DNA of 57,740 nucleotides, filler included, from Sphacelaria rigidula (Eukaryota), in NCBI GenBank assembly GCA_964200075.2. It is 4 parts of 4 records of this genome, joined end to end, with 100 filler letters (N's around TTAATTAATTAA, not from the genome) between each part and the next. Parts side by side here need not be neighbours in the genome. Positions count along the whole stretch, not along the records: positions 14,464 to 28,825 come from CAXNAA020002293.1; 3 more parts are not named here. One strand, written 5' to 3'. Shown piece by piece: positions 14,364-27,825 of the stretch. The notes beneath the pieces are model-generated. The model did not search any database and had not been told where the DNA came from. It saw only the letters and a program-made list of their open reading frames with translations. The first letter of the stretch is position 1. Each line of letters starts with the position of its first letter. A program made the position numbers and the translations under genes.

Positions 14364-14463
14364 NNNNNNNNNNNNNNNNNNNNNNNNNNNNNNNNNNNNN
14401 NNNNNNNTTAATTAATTAANNNNNNNNNNNNNNNNNNNNNNNNNNNNNNNNNNNNNNNNNNNN
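14364..14463. other. Artificial contig linker N44-TTAATTAATTAA-N44
   Basis: Identical 100-bp spacer with stops in all frames, present three times. Confidence 0.97.
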
Positions 14464-14530
14464 CCGTCTCGAAAGGGATGCGTGGTGAATGGTCGAACGA
14501 CTAAGGCAAGCAACAAATGAGTACGCCCCC
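14464..14530 (+). repeat. Copy of ~66-nt structured dispersed repeat at the contig start
   Basis: CCGTCTCGAAAGGGATGCGTGG...CAAATGAGTACGCCCCC. Confidence 0.9.
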
Positions 14531-14679
14531 AGTATCACTCTCACGAAAATTGATGTTTGGGGAAATAATTTTCGTGAGAGCGGAGGGGCATTCGCGTGAG
14601 AATGCGAAGAGGAATATGACATGGTTGGAAGAAGTGGGCTGTTGAGCTTTTCATGGGACAGACAGTTGGGATCCGATCA

Positions 14680-14889
14680 CTAGCAGTAGCCACGCGTGGG
14701 AGACAGATACACTCCACGTGCACAGCTCCCCCAGAGAGATGCGCACAGCTATTTTCCCAGAACCTCGCCGAGTAAGTAAGCATGGATCCATCGGCGGGTA
14801 GCACTTACCAGCGCTGTCCAGCACAGTGGCCATCACTCGCAAGGTGCGTCAGTGTTGTCGCACGGTCGAAACGCGGACCGTCCACGATG

Positions 14890-14920
<31 letters not shown>

Positions 14921-16230
14921 TCGGCACCAGCTGATTCAAAACCACCCCCAACCGTACACATGTACTGGCAATAAAGATGCTGCTGCTGCTGCTGCTGCTT
15001 CTTTTCGTGCGGAGGGTGGTCCGCGTTTCGACGTGCGACGATACCCATCCACCTGGCGCGTTATTTCCTCCTCCCCACATGAAATCGATCATGATCTGTT
15101 TGCGGGTAGTTACCCTTATCTTGTATCAGTATACTGTTGTAGCATTTCAGTACAAGTACATTTCACTTGTTTTCCCCTGTATTGGACGCTGGCTATATTC
15201 TTGCAACGCCGTCACCAGCAGTAGCCACGCGTGCGAGACACACCCGATGTGTACAGCTCGCACAGAGAGATGCACACAGCTGAATCTTTTAGCACTTAGC
15301 CTGGTGGAAGAGCATAGACTTATCAGCGGGCAGTACAGACCAGCGCTTTCCGGCATGGTAGCTATCACGCGCCAGGTGTGTGGGCGTCGTAGCACGATTG
15401 AAACGCGCACTGTCTTTCGCATGAAGAAAAATGGCAGCAGCGGCCTTCGGCAGTAGCAGCAGCAGCAGCAGCAGCAGCATCGGCATCGGCTGATTCAGAC
15501 CCACCCCTGGCCGTACACATTTACTGGCAATAAAGATACTGCTCCTGCTGCTGCTACTACTACTGCTGCTTCTCGTGCAGGAGGCGGTCCGCGTTTCGAC
15601 GTGCGGCAATACCCATGACCTGGCGCGTTATTGCCCCCTCCTACAGTATTATTCAAAGTAGACTACGATATGTTTGCGTGTTGTTACCCCGATACAGACA
15701 GTAGTAGCATTCTCAGTACGAGTACGTATCACTTGTTTTCCCCTGTATTGGACGCTGGCTTCATTCCCATCAGCAGCAGCAGCCACGCGTGCGAGACATA
15801 CCCGACGTGCACAGCTCGCACACAGAGATGCGCGCAGCTATATCTCCCAACACTTAGCCTAGTGGGCAAGCATAGACCTATCGACGGGTAGTACGGACCA
15901 GCGCTTTCCAGCACCGTGGATATCACGTGCAAGGTGCGTGGGGGTTGTAGCACGATCGAAACGCGGACCGTTTCTCTCATGTGTAAGAACGGCAGCAGCA
16001 CCAGCAGCAGTATTGGCACCGGCTGATTTAGACCCACCCCCAGCCCCGTACATATACTGGCAATACGATGGTGCTGATACTACTGCTGTTCCTTCTTCTC
16101 GTGCGGAAGGCGGTCCGCGTTTTGACCTGCGACAATACCCATACCCCCTTGCGCGTGATTGTCGCCCTCCTTGAAGTCGCTGGTCTATTCGCGTGCTGTT
16201 TTACCGGTTCTGTATCACTTGTTTCCCACC
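14680..16230. repeat. Tandem array of three diverged ~540-560 bp units with internal (CAG)n and (CTG)n tracts
   Basis: AGCCACGCGTG(C/G)GAGACA recurs at ~14688, ~15223 and ~15781; GGTCCGCGTTT recurs at ~15018, ~15586 and ~16112. Confidence 0.85.
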
Positions 16231-16766
16231 CAAGCATACTCGATAAAAACGGTGTGTGATTTCTCGTGATGATGAAGTTGTGAACCGTCACTTCACTATC
16301 ACAATCATGAAATGATTCTCATTTTCCTTGTTTCGTTAAAACACCGCCTTACACAGGGACCCCCCCCGCAGGTGGACTAATGAACTACGCCACATTTGAG
16401 ATTTAGAACAGCTCTTTTCTCCCTACACGAAACGTCTTTTTTCATGAACACGTGGTTGCTGGGCATCTACATCGCAACTAGTCTAGGAGAACTCCTGATG
16501 GGTTTTGACTCTGCAGTCTATTGCGTGCAGAGGCAGTGTGCATGTGTGCTGTATGCCTACGCTCGATACAACGACAATAAACAGTCAGCGTGCCACCGCT
16601 TTCCACTGAACAGTCTCCCGCATGCTGCTGGTGTCTCTACTCAGTGTTCCACAACACCGAAGACAGTGCGAAGCTATGCTGGCAACACATGAGGGGTCAG
16701 GCAGGCGGCATTGACCACAGGCAGAGTAGCAAGCACGTTAGCTGTGCCCATGTTATCAGTGGTTAA

Positions 16767-17217
16767 CCCTCAGACCGCGATGCGGGTGGTTCATCTGGAT
16801 AATGGCTACTTTTTTCAAATGGAGTTAATGCCGATTCAACAGCTGATAACTACTCTCACAGTTGTTGTTGTTGTCTTCACAATAAAAGCCGTTCCGATAT
16901 CTGCGCGGTACATTCGTATTGGGCATCTGATGCGGACGCCTTCCGTGGTTACAGACTAGCCACCTATAATAAGCTTTGAGGAAAGCAAACAGAACAAAAA
17001 AAAATCAGATTTAAAACCTCATACCACGCACATCAAGACAAGCACCCCATGACAAAACGACACCCCTCATCGGGGGGTTCAAGCCCCACCCCCCCTTCTC
17101 TGGACAGTCGTTGTAGCTGTGTTATATGTTGGCTTCTTAGGTCTCCCATCCAATCGCACGCAGCCGGCTGGCCTCCTCTGCATTTCTGTGCCATGAGGTC
17201 ATGACGCAGTCTAGGGG
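16767..17217. mobile_element. piggyBac-type MITE
   Basis: TTAA on both sides (16763-16766 and 17218-17221); imperfect TIRs CCCTCAGACCGCG / CGCAGTCTAGGGG. Confidence 0.65.
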
Positions 17218-17855
17218 TTAAATTATCACGACCAATATGAGATACGGCTAGACAGCGAAGTAGGCCATCTGCATTTCACCTGAAGGGGAACAAAGTGACC
17301 GTTTTGATAGCCATTATTCATCAGAATGGTCACTCCGCTCCTCTCGGGCCTCATCCCTGGCTCAGAATTTTCCGTGGGAAACTTCTGACCACACATGGTT
17401 GACTTGGTGAGCTTTTCGGCTGTTCTGCAGACAGGTCCCCACCCGCCTGTCAAAAACCGTTACTCCTCCCTCTGGAAACCCCCGAATGTCCCCGTGGATT
17501 GTCGGCCCATGAAACTGTTCCAAGGTGACGCTCGCTATCTGAGGACTAGGCCATGTCGTATCAAGGCGAACAAAAGTAGCGGAACAAGTGTCCAAAAGCA
17601 GAATGCTATCTGATCGCCGAGTGGGTCTGGTTTGCGGCGACTGATCAATACGCTGCTTTAGGGTGCCTGTTCCTTTTCTCGCTCATGCCTCAGGTCCAGA
17701 CTGTGTGACAGGTGTACACTACCACAGCAAGGGTCATCGCGGCGCTGGTTCATGTTGCCCTTCATGGACAACAGCCCCCCACAAACCGAAAATTATGAAG
17801 CGATTGTTTCAACCAAGCGCCGCAGCATGGAAACAAGCGTCGCGCCGCTCTGTAT

Positions 17856-17886
<31 letters not shown>

Positions 17887-17929
17887 AAAAGGAAATTGTT
17901 TTTTTTTTTTTGTTTTTTTTTCGCTCTCG

Positions 17930-17939
17930 NNNNNNNNNN
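17930..17939. other. Scaffold gap next to poly-G and poly-T tracts
   Basis: 10 N. Confidence 0.95.
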
Positions 17940-18258
17940 TCACGGACGTCGTCTTGGGTAAGATCTTCGTGGGCTTTGGTTGGGATTTGGGCGGGGGGTG
18001 GTGGTAGTGATGACAAATGAATGTGCTTCTTGTTCCTTGGTTTCTCTTCGCGCTAGACTCCTGAAGTGGTGAACTCACCCCTCGAAGGTCAAACCATCTC
18101 CAAATAATGTCGCCATTTCTTTCGTTATTCGGATGACTTCGTGATCCCACCATGAACCAGGGAGGTGTCTTACGGTTGAAAACAAAACAGACGAATACTA
18201 TTACATCACGCTAAGAGTCACCGCAGCGGGAGAGACCACATTTTTTTTTTGTGCTCAC

Positions 18259-21200
18259 CGCCTACATCGGTCTTGAGACACCCATCCGCGCCACACCGCC
18301 GACCACCACCATGCTTCCGGCAATGACCCCCGCCAACGTCCACCTGTTGGCCACAAATCACACACACAACACACGCGAGGAGAAAAACAAACTTCAAGCT
18401 TGAGTAAAAAAGGAAACATTATCACATAGTCAACCGTCTCCATCAAGAAAAAAAACTCAAGAGAGCAGAACAGAACAAACAAGAGGGCTGACTACCACAT
18501 GGTGGGAAACAATGGTTGGTACAATACACGAGGTGCCCACAGCCCTATCCCTTACCCTGACTGACCCCGACCAAGACAGAAGAGAACCCTCGGGCAAGGG
18601 GGGTGCAGAGGCTGCCCTTGGCCAGGTATGCCTTGGCAGACCTCGAATCGGTGCCCGCGGCGTCAATTTTGGACAAAAACACGTTCTGGGGGAGCTACGA
18701 GATCGACGCACGGGACTGTTAGCCCCTCTAAAAATCCGAATTTCGGTTTGAGTACTAAAATCAAATTACATTTATCGACCGTTCTGTAGGTTCTCGACAA
18801 CAAACGTACATCAAGCCAGGTCTTTTTCTGTATCCTTCCTCTTGCCTTTTGTGGCTTTGTGATGAAACCATAGTCAACACAGCACCGGACGTGTATGTTG
18901 TTATATACATACATAGGGTAGGTCAGCGCCCAAGCGAACCGTTGTGATGCCTTGTTTGTAAATGCTGCAATCGGAACAAACAAAAAAGAGCCAGTGCAAC
19001 AAGCTAACCCATTACCGACGCCGACTCCACTGAACCATACTGAACAGTCACTCCATCGTACTTCTGTCCAAGTAACAAGAAATAAAACAATGGCACGCGC
19101 TTCGTGTGCTGTGGAGCACTCCGTCAATGCTTAGTTCGCTTGGGATAGGCACCCGATGTCTCCCCTCGCGCGGAGCATTTTCCAACCGCCTTGGGTTGGG
19201 ATTAGAGGAATAAGAAGAGGCCTCGAAAAAGAGCAAAGAACGCATCAACCATGGACTTCTGCAGAGATGAACCCGCCTAAACATTTTTCATTTTCTCGCC
19301 ATGATCGTTGTTTCTTCGCAGAAAGAGGGCGCCAAAATCCCATGGATCACACATGCTTTTGTTTTTCGAACGCTAGGGCGAACGCCAACCCAAACCGCAA
19401 GCACAACCCGAGGCAGACCGAGAACGCTCGGAGAATGACGGATAAATCGATTGTCCAGAGCCAAGTGCGCTTTGGTTGCGGCGAAGATGGGCGCCGAGGC
19501 GCCCACTCTGGCCGCGCAAGATGCGCCGAGCGATGGCCAATCTTTCGTAACTGTTGAGCCACGAAAATATGCAACTATATGCCCTAAAATCAAGTGTATA
19601 TTCAACCATCGGATTTTGGCGCCCAAAGCTTGAATAAACTCTAGTGTCGTGGGGTAGATCCCAAATCCACACCGTCGAGCAGATAATGAGCGATTATTCG
19701 GAATTCTATCGGAGGATAATGGCGCCTATCGGGTTCGTTTCCCCGAGCCAAAATTAGCTCCTGCCCGTGCAGTTGTGACGGTTTACTGTACCACAGTCCG
19801 GCGTCACTATCTGCGTGGTTCTTCTTTCTTTCCGTGTCTGCCTCTTTTGCCGAGATTCCTTCAGTTAGTGTTTCCGAATACATACAGATCAACCTTGCGC
19901 CAAGACTAAAAATACAGAAATATATTATTTTTCCGCATACACGTGTAAATGCCCGCATATGGTTCGCATACAACAATTAGTGCGGGCTGGACCAGCTGCC
20001 GTGAATCTTGGTGCACTAGCCGCACATAGCACAAACTGCATGTGCACCAATCGGCGGCACGTTCGGGCCGTGCTACAAGATGCGACTACGGATTGTAGGT
20101 CAATATCGTCAATACACCCTTGAACACGGCTTTCCCCCAATCCAGACTGCGTGCAACACCAGTGAAAGCAGATGTCGCCATGCTGGTGCACTAACTTCCA
20201 CATAAATAGTAGAGTGACTTCACCACTTGGTAGTCGACAGATATTTCTAGGAAATTTGTGGTTAGTGCAGGTGCTGATGCATTTCGAATAACACCAACCC
20301 TAACCCTAATCCTTACCCCAACCCCAACGAAGACATACCGAGAACCCTCGGGAGGCATGACCGTATACCCGCTGTCTAGAGTTCACGGTTAGGGTTAGTT
20401 GAAACAAATAGCATCGTCACTTTTTGTGAATCCTTACAATCGGCGTTGTTGGCATCTGGGAAAATGTTCCTCTCACACATGTGCCCTGTGCGCAGGGCTT
20501 TATTGATGCATAATTCCGAAAGCCGAGTACAAAGCTTTAGTTTGAACAAAGCAATATTTCGACCATTACTTAGTGGCGCCGAACTGGGGGGGAACGCGCC
20601 GCGGCTAGATTGGCAGCCGGTCCCAGGCCATGACTTAGACCGTGTCTAAGGCTGTGTCTCAGCAAATCATTTTTCGATCGAAAAGTGCGGTGGAAAGAAA
20701 AAAAAAACATCTGATGGATCGTCATTCATGCCGACGTCACTTGTGTTGACGTGACGACCTATCACATCAGATTTTTTTTTCCACCGCACCTATGCGATCG
20801 AAGAATAATTGCTGCGGAACGGCCTTTCTCGAGACCCCAAAATAGGAGCGAGAAATGAAGCAAGCAAGCGTCCAAGAGCAGCAAGTATGTTCATTAGTTG
20901 CCGCGACTCAACCCTTTCGGGACCGGATTCCTAGGAACATGTGGTTTGCACGCAGGGGTCTTTCTGTGAATCGGCATCATTTTCATTCGTCTTCAGTCTT
21001 CAAGTAAAAATTATGTCGGTTCACGGAAATGCACCTGCGTGTAAACCCATATGTTTCTGGGAGTCCGGTCCCCAAAGGGTTGAGACTCCGCCAAGCGATC
21101 GATCAACGCGCTGCTTTTGAACACTTGCTTCACTTTCTTCTTTTTTTTCCGTCTCGACAAGACAGGGCCTCAGCTCATGTTTCACCATCAGCCAACCAAC

Positions 21201-24200
21201 CAACCAGCGGAAACGCTGTACACAAGATAAAGCCCTGTCTGACATTTACTTCATGTTCTCCATTCTCGCGTGCGTGTACGCGGTGCGATGTCTTCAGGAT
21301 TCGACTACAAACTCTCCTCTGTCCAACATCTCGGCGGCCATCCTGGCATGGCCTTGCCCTGCTTCCTATTTGCGACATTTCTACGGTTCGGACGAATCAT
21401 CGCCGGTTGGAATCACCAAATCCACGATTTTTCAGGCCTGATTGCTCGAAAGAGAGAAGACAAGTCGAAAGCTGGTGAAAAAATTCTCCACGCAATGTTT
21501 GCGCCATTCCACGTGCCAGGGGTGCGTATACCTTGAATGCAACGCCGTGAGCGAAGCCCAAGGATTGATTCGTACGAATCAATCACGCTAAAACCAAGTA
21601 ACTTCCAGACGAATCATGAATTCGTCCGGCCCTTGGACATTTCACAGGGACTCAGGCTTCTACCGCTGTCAATAGTCCCATTTCCAACACACCCAAATTT
21701 ATTCGTTTTCATGTGGCATCGACTTGAGCGAAGTGTAAACTCTACTCCTAGCCGAGGGCAAACCCCACTCTTGACGTGTCTCGCATCCTCCGTTTTTTCT
21801 CCTGACTTACACCTCGATCCGTCGCAATACCAGCATGAGGCGGACTGATTGATGTGAGTCATTGATTGGCTGAGTGGTTATCGGACACACTACCCGATTT
21901 GCCACGTATGTAACCGTGATTGCCGAAGAGACACGTCAATATCCCAAGATAATAATAGTAATAACAAGTGGAGGAAACGCGTTTGCGAAGAAAGCTCTAA
22001 TAAGGGGCAACATGGAAATACACGCAGCAGCGAAAGTGAAAAAAAATTGAACAGAGCAAAAAAAAAACATAAGGGAGAGGTCGATCCTCGCTCAGAACAA
22101 AGAAAAGACATCATCTCCCAGGGACTACTTTCGCCGCCATCTCTCCATTCACGGATATCGCGACATTCTTCATCCAGTGTTGTTTCGAAAGGTATGCACA
22201 GCAGGAGAGGCGCACTTGTGCAGATGTCCCGAATCAAAAATATCGTTGTACATATGAACATCCTTTCTGATGAACACACCGCAACATGGGGTGAAACATC
22301 ATAAATGCGATCAAGGCCCTCATTCCCACCACACCGTAGCAGGAATTCAATTACCCCTACATTCATCAGTGATATTTTTTCTCACAATCTCCAAAGCAGC
22401 TACCCCAAACATCAAATTAAAAGAGCACCCATTCCATCCGCTTTCCACGACGAAATTGTCTTGAGGTTCAACCTCACCCGTCCCCTGTGCACAATTCCAA
22501 GGGATCGATAGGTGAGAGAGTAGAGAAACGGACCAGGGTAGGAAACACCACAGCCCCCACGCCCCCGCCCGCCCCCACAACCGATCTTCTCGAGGGGAAG
22601 CCAAAAATCGAAAAGCGGTCCAAGTCGTACCTTGCTACACCCTGGAGTCTTGCAGCGACGGCCTTCTCCATGCCGCCGGCAAAATCTTCGCCCACTCATC
22701 GCAGGCTTAGTGCAACGCTCGTACTGACATGACGAGACCAGCCAGGACTCTTCCGCGTCATTTGTTCTCTGTACCGCTGTGTTCGGTGAAAACGGACAAC
22801 GAAGACAGCGGTAAGCAAGCGAGTGAATCACGCACACACACGACCGACGGCGAATGAATACAAAAGTATGCTGTGTACAGTACATACATGCGCTGGACGA
22901 AAATACATGAGAACCCCCCCCCCCCCCTCCCGAAGTGTTACAAAATAAATTATTCGAGGGATGAGAAGGGACGTGCTGTATGAACAATATTATGAGCTCG
23001 TTATACAAGTTCCACTTCGAACTAATCGACCAACTCCTCCACCACTTATCGTGATTCAGAAATATTACAGTCGCAGTAATAGAGCAACAGCACCGCCATT
23101 CAGACAAATTACCATGTGGCAACACAAAAAAAAAGCTTCCAGAGGTGCATGGAAGGGATACAGCAACCGCACGAGCTATACGAGCAATTCTTCTTCTACG
23201 ACTACAGTCACGTGCGCGCATGCATGCATGATTGACATTGATTAACAATCCAGCCCGTGTTGCATACATGCGAACAACCAACCTTCGTTTTGTGTCGAAG
23301 AAAATAGCATTTCCCAACTCATGTTTCTTCGTCTTTGAGGAAACGGCTGCTGCTGGAGGGGCGACATGGATATGACACAAGAGGCGAAAAGCACGCTACG
23401 GTGGACACGTCGTGCTTATTTATACCCCGCCGGGAAGAATATCTTTGCCGACCGTTCGTCCACGACTAAAATACGTTGAAGGCGTTATAACTGCGGAGTT
23501 TTCGGTCGATAATAGTCAATCGTCCACACAACACGACGTATGTGCATATTTGAATGCAACCAGCAAGCGTTCCAAGACCCGCACTTCTTAGATACGACAA
23601 AAAAACGACGACCTCCCCGTTAAACCCTTCGAGCGCCAGGGGTGGGTCCGTCATTTGTTGAATCGGCATAGTTTTCACTTAAAAAATGACCGTGAGGCCC
23701 ACCGAAAGGGCTAATTTCAGAGCGAGCGAGGAGTCACGACTGCGTGATTCATTTTTCAAGTGAAAATGATGCCGATTCAATGGATGGCGGACCATGGGAG
23801 TTTGAGCGACAGATGTCACTGGAAGATACATGAACCATAATCGCTGTCGTTCAATCATCCTACACGTGCCAGAGGTTAGAGACCTCGGAATATACGGGAT
23901 GCTACCATTGGGGCGATGCTCGAAAAACAGAGAGAGGCTGGTCGATCAGCTATAGGGCCGGGATCACCAGTACAAAGAGATTAACCGCCGACAATCTTCC
24001 GAAAAGGCGGCACCGCGCAACCCGAAGGGTCCAGCGTTTGACGTCAGTGTGGGGTCGTGCATTGAATCGGCCCAATCGGCTCCCATGATACCCCATTCCC
24101 CCCTCACCCCCAGGGCCTGGTCCGGTGAAAACCCGGCGTGCTCCGTCGGGGCTTTGGAGGAATGACTCTCGCATGCAAGATCATGAGTACCATCCCCCCC

Positions 24201-27200
24201 CCCGCGTGCCCCTACACACAGCTAGAGTTTACCCGGTTCGGTGCATGTGTATCGATGATTGAACATATACCATATTTTAGCTCGTAGCATCATATTTGGA
24301 TCTTCACATGGGTAGGTACCGATTTGAGCCCAAAAAAAACGCCTGTATGCCTGTAATAGGACACTCTTTGCACCCCCTTGCCCGGGAGTTTTGGATCAGC
24401 CTCGGGCTGGGGTTGGGCTGGGGTTAGGTTTAGGTTCAAGATTAAGGTTAAGGTTCAAGGTTAAGGCCAGCGTTAAGGTTTTACAAAAACTGAGCATGTA
24501 CCAACCGCCGCGATCCTATACAAGTATTCGCCGAACTGTAAACTGCACCCTACAAACGTCACGTGGAATAGCTCCTTCCATGTTGTTTCCTGCCCTCTTC
24601 CAATCCAGCTGTTCGATACCTTCCTGCAAGGTGTCTTTGCCTTTTACCCGCGAGGGCGGGTCATCTGAGTTGCATTAATTCTTCATGTGAAATGATGTAC
24701 CGCCTTGGCGGTCCCATCTGGGTCTTGTATTCGCCTATCAAGTAGAGAAGTTCCGATCCACAGATTGCCCACGTCGGAGGTCAAACGCTCAAAAGATGGT
24801 TACGCTGAGGGGTATCGTCGACCAACACAGTGGGGGGGATTGAGATTGGAAGGTGTTCAGGGTACGCATGTGTTCGGTTGGGTCGGTGCTTGGTGTGCGC
24901 GGTGCTGTGGCTGGCACTTCCGGTCCGTAATCAATGGGCAGTGGTCATTAACTCGCGAAAAAAAAGGGGTAAAAATCTTCAATGGTCGGGAGTGGAGGTA
25001 TCTCAGATTCGAGGTTCCTGGTATATTTCACAGCAATTTGCAGTCAAATATACCGGGATCCTCGAGTTTGAGATACCTCTAGTAACGCTCATAAAAAAGT
25101 ATCCGTTTTACGTTTGAGGTTTCACCGAATAAAAAGCAACCGTCATATCTTGCAGCCCGAAATGGTTATCGAAACATGCTCGAACGCATGTGCAAACGCA
25201 TGACACTGTTGTTGTATACATGAGTACACAAACGACGCAATTCACGAAGAGGTGAAGAGAAACAGAGTCAATCATCCGACGTTTGTGTACCCAAGAGTTC
25301 CAGAGGGCGAGCAACTTGCCAACAAGGCGGGATTTTTGTTTTTTCGAAGACTTGACGTTATCCAAGCGTTATCCCGTTATTTTCTTTGGACAACATCTCC
25401 CAAAAAAAATTCCTCATATGCGAGACATGCATGTTGGTTCCACGCGTTCATATGTTTTGGAGAAAGGTGCGTGGCTCGACTCCTGCAAGGCGCTATGATG
25501 CCCTACAGTGCACGAGAATCATTGTTTTAAAAAAAAGAGCGTCTCCAGGACATCTTCGCCGATGCTTTGTCCCGGCAAACGTGAGCGACAACCGAAATCG
25601 ACGACGGCGTGCTCGATGGTCGGACAAGAGAACGATTGGGTGAACAAGATCCAAGATTGATTTTCGGATCTCCTCGGCAAATAAAATTGAGTAGGTCCAG
25701 CCCGAAGTGATGTCAACCATTCAATAATTTATTCATTTTACTTCTGTCGTGGAAATTACGGAATGGGTCTGCGCAACCATGACGTTTCTGGGTTGTTGAT
25801 GAGAGTTAGTTGAACACACCCGCTCTTTTCACTTTTGTATACCCAATCATCGATCGTCCACAAGGAGATTGGGTTCAGCCGATGTCCAGGCTAAACTGAA
25901 CCCCAACCGAAACAAAATCACTGGGGCGGAGGGGTGAGTTGAACGTGCCAGCTGCCCGTGCGTGTAAATCGCCAACAACTTGCTAGATTGCTGCTGTATC
26001 TTGTGTCCTCCGTCTCCTGTCCTCCTCTTGTGTATCACGTGCTGCGGTTGGGTTTTGCCCGTGGCCGACGGGCAGGCGCGGTGGTTGTAATGAATCATTT
26101 GGACGGAGACGTTGTTGAAAATGTGGATGTGACACAGTATACTCGAGCACAACCGTGCAGCGTCACAGCTTGTTCCAAGCACCAGGCATATGATACGTCG
26201 CGGGGAGGAGATAACATGAGCAGCGACAATTGACATTCGAATTCGGATAACTACCGCCACAGCCGGTGAGCGCAATCAACTCGCGAACGCGTACTACTTC
26301 ACGGCTGTTTGGTGTCGGCACATCTTGAGGTTTTCGACTAGACTTGGATTCGGACCAAAGCACTCAAAAAGAACAGAACAGAATACACAGAAGGTGTTGC
26401 TGGGAGGTGTCCGCAGTATACACGAATTGATCATGTTTGCCGAATATCCCAGTCATCTCCGATGCGCATGAAAGAGGGTAACAGCGCCGAGACTACCTTT
26501 CCTTTCTTATGCTCGGACCATACTGTGGAACCCATCTGATCTGAGACTTACCTACAGAGCTGACTGAGAACGAAGCACATCACGAAATACTGGGAGCACA
26601 ATCCGTGCGCGATCTGGGACCATGGAAGGGAGACTAAAACAGCCGGCACACAGATATTTACATGTATAGAGATGTTTTGAAATACAAAATCACATCCTGT
26701 GGCTGTTTTACAAAATACTGTATTTCACTGTTGCTTCTAGTTTTTGCCATTAATGCCCGGGGCTACACTTCCTGTGAGATACATGGTAACCTACTGCTGT
26801 ATCACATTCACATTTCCACCACATGGACCGCAGGTGTGACCACAAACTTATAAACATCACGATTAAACTTTATACTCGTACAGTGTATAGATGCAAAGGT
26901 CAATGGAAATATCCTGTTTGTGCTCACAGAGTTAGCCTGCATACCCTGTACCAGCCAGGCGTTTATTTTCAGCGGCCGGCCTGAGCTTCCGTATTTCCCT
27001 CCGACACATTTCCTAGGACTCTGAGATAACAACTGAATCACACACAGTTCGTGCCAGTATACATGATACATAAACACACAGACACTGCTAACGAAAAAAC
27101 AGAATCGTCACAGGCAGCAGGGGCATCATTATTGTACTGGCCCGAAGTAGAATGTAATTCGAACGGACTACGGACTACTACTATTTTGTACCGTACAGTA

Positions 27201-27825
27201 CTCACACGCTACGAGTCACATGGATTCAACAACCGACGCGCCGCCCACCATCTCTCTTCGCACCTTCATCAGACGGTATAGCAGACCTTTCCCCCACAAC
27301 GGCATGGTGCGATGTTTCATCGCTTTCCGAGGTTGACGAAGAAGTGCCCAACTTGTTCTCCTGCACACCTCGCTCACCAACTCCAGCACCACCCTCAGTA
27401 GCACAACCACCACCTTGCTGCTGCTGTGCGTTCGCGGGGAAGTTCATAAACACGCGCTGTCGTTTCCTTGTCCCGTTCCCTAAACACACTTCTGCTGCTA
27501 CTGCTGCATCTTGTGTTTGATGAGAACGCTGTCCGGTGCCGTCGCTATCATTAGCAGCCGTCGCCTCCTCGCGGCTACCCGATGTGTAGCAAGCGGGTCT
27601 AGGGTCGACACGCTGAGCGGTGGGGTTGCTACCACTGTTTTCGTTGTTGTTCGCCATTTTCTTGGCTGATGGTGGTTCTGGTGTAGCTATCACCGAAACC
27701 ATCGCTGCGGGCACCGCCTCAGCCTCTGCCGCTGCTAGTGCTGGTGCTGGTGCTGGTGCTGGTGAATTTGGCGGACTCAAAACGTCCATCTCTTTCGCTA
27801 CCGTGTCAAGTAAACTCTGCAGCAT
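18259..27825 (-). CDS. WRKY19-like C-x4-C-x9/10-C-x2-H-GGG zinc-finger repeat protein (partial, spliced)
   Basis: Exon 22776-22631 (..SCQYERCTKPAMSGRRFCRRHGEGRRCKTPGCSK) splices in phase 0 to exon 18343-18259 (VDVGGGHCRKHGGGRRCGADGCLKTDVG), with GT/AG boundaries. A probable low-complexity first exon at 27825-27264 (MLQSLLDTVAKEMD...) has a phase-1 donor matching the 22776 acceptor. The 3' exons were not found. Confidence 0.75.
20648..20826. mobile_element. Foldback / Tourist-like MITE (long imperfect hairpin)
   Basis: Arms of ~65 nt are complementary (AAGGCTGTGTCTCAGCAA..GTGCGGTGGAAA..CATCTGATG versus CATCAGATT..TTCCACCGCAC..TTGCTGCGGAACGGCCTT). TAA precedes the GG start. Confidence 0.65.
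23645..23793. repeat. Inverted repeat (~45-bp arms) of the TCAAGTGAAAATGATGCCGATTCA family
   Basis: GGTCCGTCATTTGTTGAATCGGCATAGTTTTCACTTAAAAAATGA versus TCATTTTTCAAGTGAAAATGATGCCGATTCAATGGATGGCGGACC. Confidence 0.8.
24995..25079. mobile_element. Small palindromic MITE (TIR GAGGTATCTCAAACTCGAGG)
   Basis: Complementary arms; related TIR sequences at ~7870, ~8052-8150 and ~47022. Confidence 0.65.

Noticed and set aside
17226-17600. OTU-like protease fragment (NGHFVPL)
   Set aside because: Only one short motif in frameshifted sequence, which is insufficient support.
23283-23352. Extra exon of the zinc-finger gene
   Set aside because: It has AG/GT boundaries, but its phase does not fit the best exon-1 donor and it has no recognisable motif; unresolved without RNA-seq.
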